Part shown: one piece after another, positions 46,196-52,826 of the stretch | Layout: each line of letters opens with the position of its first letter | Numbering within the stretch: the stretch's first letter is position 1 | IMG/VR virus record: IMGVR_UViG_3300025098_000068 | Coordinates: 1-52,826 of that record | From: a virus | Lineage: Duplodnaviria; Caudoviricetes | Reading direction: 5' to 3' (one strand) | DNA: 52,826 nucleotides | The notes under the pieces: model-generated | Seen by the model: only the letters and a program-made list of their open reading frames with translations | Database searches by the model: none | Told to the model about the DNA's origin: nothing | Program-made: the position numbers and the translations under genes

Positions 46196-46308
46196 GTCCG
46201 TGTGTGGGTGTCTGTACGTTGAAAGACAATGTGTGCATAGGCTGTAAGCGAACTATAGAAGAGATTAAAAAGGCGTACGAAGATACAAAGAGATTGACAT
46301 CTAGCTAA
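46177..46308 (+). CDS. DUF1289-like 4-Cys protein
   Basis: Read by hand: SPCVGVC...CIGCKRTIEEI; start uncertain. Confidence 0.65.
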   Translation: MDGKILSPCVGVCTLKDNVCIGCKRTIEEIKKAYEDTKRLTSS

Positions 46309-46322
46309 TCTATCTGTATAAT
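46294..46322 (+). promoter_or_regulatory. Consensus sigma70 promoter inside the late region
   Basis: TTGACA-N17-TATAAT. Confidence 0.8.
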
Positions 46323-46341
46323 TCTTAAAAGGAGTACACCT

Positions 46342-46515
46342 ATGAAGAAACTAGCGTCACAAGCTTTAGCGTTTCAATACAAACTAAAAATTGAGAATGC
46401 AGAAAGCTTACTTAATGCTCCTAATACTCCATTAAATGTATTAGATCAAGCATTAAAAGACATAACAGAAACAAACGCAAAATTAAAAGTTCTTGAAAGT
46501 GCACAAAGTACTTAA
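46342..46515 (+). CDS. 57-aa helical protein
   Basis: Read by hand; AAGGAG SD, own promoter. Confidence 0.7.
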   Translation: MKKLASQALAFQYKLKIENAESLLNAPNTPLNVLDQALKDITETNAKLKVLESAQST

Positions 46516-46699
46516 AACAAAAAAAAATTTAAATATATTTATACCAGTAAACGCTAGACCTATTAGGTTTCTTACGCAAAGACAAATAGAAAAGATAGAC
46601 AAGTATCTAAGAAACCCAACAAGACTAAAACGAATACGTGAAGATTATCTACGTGTTAGTAAACTTAAAGATAAACTTGAATCGGAAAAAATAAAATAA
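46493..46699 (+). CDS. Basic hypothetical protein
   Basis: TTG start, weak SD; fills the gap and abuts the next ATG. Confidence 0.4.
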   Translation: MKVHKVLKTKKNLNIFIPVNARPIRFLTQRQIEKIDKYLRNPTRLKRIREDYLRVSKLKDKLESEKIK

Positions 46700-47449
46700 A
46701 TGTCCATCACTTCATACCCAAATGTAATTACTTTTAGCGGTGGTGTAGGATCATATCCTTACTTCTTACAAGTATCTCGTGGTCTTGTTGATGGACACAA
46801 ACGTATCTTTAAGTTTGGTTTTAACAGTGACATAGACGATAGCATTGAAGATATTTGGGATGGAGGTGGTGTATACACCTATCAAGGTAGTGCACTTGCT
46901 ATGACAGCTACAAGTGGTGGTGGTGCTACAGACAATGGTGTACAGGTCACTATTCAAGGATTAGATGCAAGTTACAACGAAGTAAGTGAAGCTGTTACTC
47001 TAGCAGGTTCAGGTAGTGCTACAACTACACAAACATATTTAAGAGTATTTCGTGCTTTTATTTCAGGGTCACAAGAACCTACGGATAACATAGATATTGA
47101 TAATGGGGGTACTACGTATGCACGTATTTCCTCTGGGCATAATCAAACTCTAATGGCGTTATGGACTGTTCCAGCAGGATATACTGCATATTTGCTACAA
47201 ACAGATATAACAGCCTTTACTGAACAAAATAATAAATTTGCTGTAGCAGAGTTTCAGACTAGAGAACAAAATAAAGTGTTTAGAACACAGGATAAGTTTG
47301 CTATTGTTTCTACAGTACATCATCAGCAGTATCAAGCACCTTTACCTATACCTGAAAAAACAGATATGCGTGTTAGAGCAGTAGGTTCTAGTAGTAGTGC
47401 TAATATTCAACTATCTGCTGGATTAGATATTATTTATATAGAGAACTAA
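46700..47449 (+). CDS. Putative virion structural protein
   Basis: Beta-rich, KFGFN...E.IW motif; tail-module context. Confidence 0.55.
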   Translation: MSITSYPNVITFSGGVGSYPYFLQVSRGLVDGHKRIFKFGFNSDIDDSIEDIWDGGGVYTYQGSALAMTATSGGGATDNGVQVTIQGLDASYNEVSEAVTLAGSGSATTTQTYLRVFRAFISGSQEPTDNIDIDNGGTTYARISSGHNQTLMALWTVPAGYTAYLLQTDITAFTEQNNKFAVAEFQTREQNKVFRTQDKFAIVSTVHHQQYQAPLPIPEKTDMRVRAVGSSSSANIQLSAGLDIIYIEN

Positions 47450-47451
47450 GC

Positions 47452-47790
47452 ATGGCTGAACGTAAAAAAAGAACCGTTGCTTTAGAATTAACAACAGCCA
47501 ACCAAGATATTTACACAGTGCCTGCACGATTTACAACCGAAGTAAACAGCATATATATTAACAATGCTTCTAGTTCTTTGGTTACATTTAGTTTAGATTG
47601 GTACGATGCAGCATCAACAACGTTCTATACTTTAGCTGAACTTGTTGAACTACCTGCAAACTCACTGCTACAGATTACAGATTATCCTTTGTATTTGATT
47701 GGTAATGATAAGATACGAGGTCTTGCAAGTGCAAACAGTGCTGTAAATATAACAGTATCCCTAGAGGAGTTCTTTCAAACTTCTCTATAA
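47452..47790 (+). CDS. Putative virion structural protein
   Basis: IYTVPA motif, beta-rich. Confidence 0.55.
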   Translation: MAERKKRTVALELTTANQDIYTVPARFTTEVNSIYINNASSSLVTFSLDWYDAASTTFYTLAELVELPANSLLQITDYPLYLIGNDKIRGLASANSAVNITVSLEEFFQTSL

Positions 47791-47810
47791 TTAAGCCGAA
47801 GGAGAGATAA

Positions 47811-48248
47811 ATGGCTATTACAACTGCAATGTGTACTAGTTTTAAATCAGAGTTATTAGGTGGTTTACACGACCTTGATACTGACTCACTTAAACTAGCA
47901 CTTATTAAAGCATCTCCATCAGGTACATATGGTGCTGCTACAACTAACTATTCTAACGTAACAGGTAACTCTGACGAAGCAAGCGGTACGAACTATACTG
48001 CAGGTGGTCAAGCACTAGATGGTGCAACTATCGCTGTATCTGGTACAACTGCTACTGTAGACTTTACTGATGAGGTATTCAGTAACGTAACTGTATCTGC
48101 TGATGGATGTATCATTTATAACACAGCAAACAGTAACTCTGCAATTGCTGTTATTGATTTTGGTGGTACTGTTTCCGCTACTGCTGGTGACTTAACAATT
48201 GAATTTCCTACCGCTGACGCATCAAACGCTGTAATACGTATAGCGTAA
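47811..48248 (+). CDS. Putative virion structural protein
   Basis: MAITTAMCTSFKSELL...IDFGG; strong SD. Confidence 0.65.
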   Translation: MAITTAMCTSFKSELLGGLHDLDTDSLKLALIKASPSGTYGAATTNYSNVTGNSDEASGTNYTAGGQALDGATIAVSGTTATVDFTDEVFSNVTVSADGCIIYNTANSNSAIAVIDFGGTVSATAGDLTIEFPTADASNAVIRIA

Positions 48249-48258
48249 GGAGTAGGCT

Positions 48259-49068
48259 ATGGCAATCATAGCACAGTCTGCACGATATGGGTCAGGTTTA
48301 TATGGAACACCTGAATATGGTGTAGTTAATCTTACCGCTAGTATTAGTGGTGTATCAGCCACAGGTATTATTGCTAGTGTTGCAGCAGGTGGTTTTGAAG
48401 TAGATGTTACAGAACGTATCTCTACAGGTGTTAGTGCTACAGGCTCAGTAGGAACTTTAAATGTTTTTATTAAGGTAACTGCAGTAGGTGTATCAGCAAC
48501 AGGTACAGTTAACACTGTAAAAGAAAATATAAACACTCCAATAACAGGAGTACAAGCTACAGGTTCTGTAAACACAGTAGAAGAAAAACCGACAGAAGTA
48601 TTAGATAGTGTAAGTGCGACAGGTTCTGTAAATAGTGTAGCCGTTAATCTTATAGAAAAATTAGTAAGCGTATCTGCAACAGGTACGATCAATACAGTAA
48701 AAGAGAATATCAATACTCCGATAGTGGGAGTACAAGCTACAGGTGCGGTAAACACCGTAGAAGAAAAACCTACAGAAGTATTAAATAGTGTAAGTGCTAC
48801 AGGTTTTGTTAATGATAACTTTACCTTCTCAAATACTCATTCATTAACAGGAGTAAGTGGAACATTCTCAACAGGCACACTAACAGCAACAGGTGTTATT
48901 ACCGTATTTAGTGCAACAGCATTTGATCGAAGGCATGTTGTTACTGTTCTACCTACACAAACAAGTTCGCAAAGAACTGTAAGCACTACACCAGAACAAA
49001 CAAGTTCACATAGAGTTGTTACTGTTCCACCTACACAAACAAGTTCGCAAAGAAGAAAGGCAGCTTAA
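48259..49068 (+). CDS. Repeat-containing fibre-like virion protein
   Basis: ~20-aa VSATGxVNTV repeats; three 13-aa C-terminal repeats. Confidence 0.65.
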   Translation: MAIIAQSARYGSGLYGTPEYGVVNLTASISGVSATGIIASVAAGGFEVDVTERISTGVSATGSVGTLNVFIKVTAVGVSATGTVNTVKENINTPITGVQATGSVNTVEEKPTEVLDSVSATGSVNSVAVNLIEKLVSVSATGTINTVKENINTPIVGVQATGAVNTVEEKPTEVLNSVSATGFVNDNFTFSNTHSLTGVSGTFSTGTLTATGVITVFSATAFDRRHVVTVLPTQTSSQRTVSTTPEQTSSHRVVTVPPTQTSSQRRKAA

Positions 49069-49388
49069 TGTCTCTTAAATGGCCCGACAAAGACCCCGAT
49101 GAACAGCTAGATTACTCTATTGATTGGGGTACGGCTCTTGACACAGATACTATATCATCTCTTGTTTGGAAGATACACGACGCTGATGGGGTGTTACAAA
49201 CGTGGTCAGACAGTCAGCTTGTGAACGGACTACAACTTATCAGTCGTACAAATACTAACACTGTCGCTACAATAGTTTTAGGAAGTGGTACTGCTTTTAC
49301 AACATATAAAATAGTATGTACTATGACTGCTAGCGATGCAACTATTCGTGAACAAGAAGTTCGCATAAGAGTCGTGGAGAAAAACTAA
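49068..49388 (+). CDS. Putative fibre/tail adaptor protein
   Basis: KDPDEQLDYSIDW motif. Confidence 0.6.
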   Translation: MSLKWPDKDPDEQLDYSIDWGTALDTDTISSLVWKIHDADGVLQTWSDSQLVNGLQLISRTNTNTVATIVLGSGTAFTTYKIVCTMTASDATIREQEVRIRVVEKN

Positions 49389-50068
49389 TGGCTTATAACT
49401 ATCTCTCCCTAACCAATGAAATATGCAGACGTCTTAATGAAACAGAGTTGACATTAAGTAACTTTGCAACGGCTGTTGGGTTTTACTCACAAGCTAAAGA
49501 CTCACTTAACGCTTCAATTCGTGACATAAATCAAAAGCATTTTAGTTGGCCCTTTAATCACAACTCAGATGATATCACTCTGACTGCTGGTGAACTAAGA
49601 TACCCGCTACCAGAGAACGCTAAATATACAGACTTTGACACTGTTCGTATACTTCGTAACACAGCACTGGGTGTCAATGAAGCAAGAAAACTTAAACAAC
49701 TAAGTTACGATGAGTACATTGACAAATACATAGATCAAGAACATGAGCCTGACGCAACAAAAGGACAAGTTCCTGAATACGTCGTTCGCTCACAAGACGG
49801 AGATATAATTGTCGCACCGATGCCAAACGGAGCTTATACCATCGAGTATGAGTTTTTTATGTTTCCAACAGACTTAGAAACCTACGACGATGTACCAACA
49901 ATACCTTTTAGATTTAAGCATGTTATCATAGACGGTGCAATGTACCATGCTTACATGTTTAGAGATAATCTTGAATCAGCAACTTTATCTTTACGTAAGT
50001 TTGAGGATGGTTTGAAACAGATGAGAACTTTACTTGTTAATGAAAATGTATATGCTAGGGCGGTTTAA
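49388..50068 (+). CDS. Tail adaptor (tubular protein A-like)
   Basis: YLSLTNEICRRLNE, WPF, P.IP..F.HVI; position. Confidence 0.7.
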   Translation: MAYNYLSLTNEICRRLNETELTLSNFATAVGFYSQAKDSLNASIRDINQKHFSWPFNHNSDDITLTAGELRYPLPENAKYTDFDTVRILRNTALGVNEARKLKQLSYDEYIDKYIDQEHEPDATKGQVPEYVVRSQDGDIIVAPMPNGAYTIEYEFFMFPTDLETYDDVPTIPFRFKHVIIDGAMYHAYMFRDNLESATLSLRKFEDGLKQMRTLLVNENVYARAV

Positions 50069-51594
50069 TGCCTGATAGGTGGCAAACCCATTCGTTTGAA
50101 TTCAAGGGTGGCTTGATAACAAACCTCTCACCTTACCAGCAGGGGTTTCAAGCTCCGGGGTCAGCACGTATACTTCGTAACTTTGAACCATCTATCTTTG
50201 GTGGCTACAGACGAGTTGAAGGATTTTCTAAGTTTGATACAAACGCTGTAACAAATTCAGGTGTTATCAGAGGTATAGTGCGATATGACAGCAAAGTGTT
50301 TGTTTGTCGTGGAGATGATTTGTTTTTTTCTTCAGGCTCTGGGTGGACACAAGTAAGTGACAATGCTACGTATAATAGTGCAGGTGTCACAATAGGCGGA
50401 TCAGGTAAGGTACGATTTCTTAAGTACGATTTTGATGGTACAGAAAAACTTATGCTTGTGGATAGTACAGGTAAGCCTTACAGATTTAATGGTACTACGT
50501 TTGAGCAACTATCTTCTTTACCCACTGATACATCAGGCTCTAGCTTTGTAACGAATTTTAAGAACCACATTTTTCTTGCAAACGGTAAAAGTCTTGTTTT
50601 TTCTGCTCCTTACGGCGATACAGACTTTACAAGTGCGAGCGGAGGTGGTATAATAAACGTAGCGGATGCAATCACAGGGTTAATTGTTTTTCGTGATCAA
50701 CTCATTGTATTTAGTGAAAATAGTATTAACGTAATTGCAGGAAGTAGCGTAGGTGATTTTCAACTAAAACCAGTTTCTCGTGATTTAGGTTGTATTGCGG
50801 AAGATACTATACAAGAGATAGGTGGAGACGTAATATTTTTAGGACCTGATGGTCTAAGACTTTTTTCAGCCACAGATAGATTTGGTGATTTTAGTCTTGC
50901 TACCGTATCAAAACCAATACAAGATGAAATATTAGATTTGATTACGAGTAGTCCAAATGGTTTTTCTAGTACGGTCATTCGTGAGAAAAGTCAGTACAGA
51001 TTATTTGGTTACAACACTGGTTACACCAATGCTTCGGCTAAGGGGATTGCGGCCACACAATTACAGGATGGCATATCATTTAATGATTTACGTGGTGTAA
51101 ATGCTTACGTAGTACACAGTGAATATGTAGATCGTACTGAGCTTATCTATTTTGGTGCAAGTGACGGTTATATTTACAGAATGGAAGATGGCAATAGTTT
51201 TGATGGAGAAAAGATACAAGGTACATTTGCTACCCCTTATATACCTTTAGGTGATCCGACTATTCGTAAAACTATATACAAAGGAATAACATATTTAGAC
51301 GTGAACGGGGAATTAGATATTAGGTATTCTCTTAAATTTGACTTTGACCAACAGAATGTTATTCAGCCAAATTCACTACTTTTTTCAAACCTTGCAGCTT
51401 CATCGATTTCGTATGGTGCAGGAATTTACGGAACATCCTCATACGGAGGTAAACAAAAAGCAATCTACGAATTGCAGACAATAGGTTCAGGTTTTACAGT
51501 GTCTATTCTGTATGAGACTATAGGAGATACAATAGACGCTGTATTTACTATTGATGCTGCAACTTTGCAGTATTCTACTAACGCTAGGAGATAA
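50068..51594 (+). CDS. Tail nozzle (tubular protein B-like, beta-propeller)
   Basis: GGL start, LGCIA.DTIQEIGGD.IFL.PDG; follows the adaptor. Confidence 0.7.
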   Translation: MPDRWQTHSFEFKGGLITNLSPYQQGFQAPGSARILRNFEPSIFGGYRRVEGFSKFDTNAVTNSGVIRGIVRYDSKVFVCRGDDLFFSSGSGWTQVSDNATYNSAGVTIGGSGKVRFLKYDFDGTEKLMLVDSTGKPYRFNGTTFEQLSSLPTDTSGSSFVTNFKNHIFLANGKSLVFSAPYGDTDFTSASGGGIINVADAITGLIVFRDQLIVFSENSINVIAGSSVGDFQLKPVSRDLGCIAEDTIQEIGGDVIFLGPDGLRLFSATDRFGDFSLATVSKPIQDEILDLITSSPNGFSSTVIREKSQYRLFGYNTGYTNASAKGIAATQLQDGISFNDLRGVNAYVVHSEYVDRTELIYFGASDGYIYRMEDGNSFDGEKIQGTFATPYIPLGDPTIRKTIYKGITYLDVNGELDIRYSLKFDFDQQNVIQPNSLLFSNLAASSISYGAGIYGTSSYGGKQKAIYELQTIGSGFTVSILYETIGDTIDAVFTIDAATLQYSTNARR

Positions 51595-51597
51595 GAA

Positions 51598-52826
51598 ATG
51601 GGAACAGGCTATACAAGAAATGATACACCAAACAATATAGCTGATGGTAACGTAATCAATGCGTCAGACCTTGATGGAGAGTTTGATGCGGTACAGGCAG
51701 CGTTTAATGGTTCAAGTGGGCACTCACATGATGGTACGACAGGTGAAGGACCGCAGATAGCAACAGCAGGTCTAGCAGATAATGCAGTAACTACAGCTAA
51801 AATAACAGATGCAAATGTAACACTTGCTAAAATGGCAGCTAACTCTGTAGATAGTGACCAATACGTAGATGGTAGTATTGATACTGCTCACATAGCTGAC
51901 GATGCAGTCACAAGTGCTAAACTTGACACAAACATACAAATAGCAGGTACTCTTGGGGTTACAGGTGCAACTACATTATCAAGTAACCTCTCAGTAGATG
52001 GTGGCACAATCAAGCTAGATGGTAATTATCCAACGGGTACAGGTAACGTGGCTTTGGGTAATACTGCTTTAGATAGTAATGTTTCAGCTAATCATAATAC
52101 AGCAATAGGTGCTGATGCTTTAACAGCTAATACAGTTTCTGGAAATACTGGAATAGGATATCAAGCATTAAATGCCAATTCTACTGGAGTAGAAAATGTT
52201 GCAGTTGGTAAATGGGCATTACTTTCTAATACAACAGCATCTAATAATACAGCAATCGGTAAATCTGCACTTCAAGTAAACACTACAGGTCACAGTAATG
52301 TAGCTATTGGTAAAGGCTCTCTTGATGCCAATACCACAGCATCTGCTAATACTGCTATTGGATTTAATTCATTATCAGCAAACACTACTGGTTCTGAAAA
52401 CGTAGTAGTAGGGTATCAAGCAGGGGATGCAATTACAACAGGTAGTAACAATGTAGTAATGGGTTCAAATGCGTTAGGCTCTAATCAGACTGGAAGCAGT
52501 AACACTGCTGTTGGGCATTATGCTTTAAATACCAGTACTGCAAGTAGTAATACAGCATTTGGTAATTCATCTTTACAATACAATACGAGTGGTAGCTCAA
52601 ATACGGCAATAGGAGATGGTACACTAAGGGATACTTCAACAGGTGCAAATAACGTTGCTGTTGGTTTTAGAGCTTTATATGAAAACACCACAGCATCAAA
52701 CAACACAGCAGTTGGGTATAGGTCACTTTACACTAATACAACAGGTATTCAAAACGTAGCTATGGGTAAGGATGCTCTCTTTACAAATACTGGTTCATAT
52801 AACGTAGGCATTGGTGAAAATGCTTT
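51598..52826 (+). CDS. Tail fibre/spike, N-terminal part (runs off the end and continues at the window start)
   Basis: Read by hand: MGTGYTRND...GHSHDG head-binding region, then 14-aa repeats; AGGAG SD; no stop codon. Confidence 0.88.
   Translation, partial: MGTGYTRNDTPNNIADGNVINASDLDGEFDAVQAAFNGSSGHSHDGTTGEGPQIATAGLADNAVTTAKITDANVTLAKMAANSVDSDQYVDGSIDTAHIADDAVTSAKLDTNIQIAGTLGVTGATTLSSNLSVDGGTIKLDGNYPTGTGNVALGNTALDSNVSANHNTAIGADALTANTVSGNTGIGYQALNANSTGVENVAVGKWALLSNTTASNNTAIGKSALQVNTTGHSNVAIGKGSLDANTTASANTAIGFNSLSANTTGSENVVVGYQAGDAITTGSNNVVMGSNALGSNQTGSSNTAVGHYALNTSTASSNTAFGNSSLQYNTSGSSNTAIGDGTLRDTSTGANNVAVGFRALYENTTASNNTAVGYRSLYTNTTGIQNVAMGKDALFTNTGSYNVGIGENA
52703..52826. repeat. Terminal direct repeat (copy 2)
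   Basis: Identical to 1-124. Confidence 0.95.

Overview
The window is an apparently complete, circularly assembled ~52.7 kb genome of an AT-rich tailed phage of podovirus type. Bases 1-124 are identical to 52703-52826, and the tail-fibre ORF reads in frame across that join. Gene content matches the marine HMO-2011-like phages: a family A DNA polymerase with a DnaJ-type CxxCxGxG insert, separate primase and DnaB helicase, class II RNR, T7-like endonuclease I, TerS/TerL, portal, scaffold, capsid, short-tail proteins and large internal virion proteins. An alphaproteobacterial host is likely but inferred. Layout: ejection/internal virion genes (+, 1.9-12.3 kb); replication and nucleotide operon (-, 12.3-23.1 kb); divergent small early genes with a C5-methyltransferase (+, 23.2-29.9 kb); a non-coding probable terminus/pac region (30.0-30.6 kb); packaging, head, lysis and tail genes (+, 30.6-52.8 kb). 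The best candidate for an undescribed system is two apparent enzymes embedded in the head module on either side of the portal. One is a 644-aa protein with a tyrosine-recombinase/topoisomerase IB-like catalytic set (R..K..KxxR..H..Y). The other is an 803-aa protein ending in an ADP-ribosyltransferase-like domain. Both may be packaged and ejected with the DNA. Other oddities: a split DNA polymerase, twin covarying RNA hairpins before the scaffold gene, a gene overprinted on the portal C-terminus, strict avoidance of CCWGG in Pro-Gly codons, a signal-less beta-barrel-like protein and a metallothionein-like peptide. All family names come from motif recognition by eye; no searches were run.
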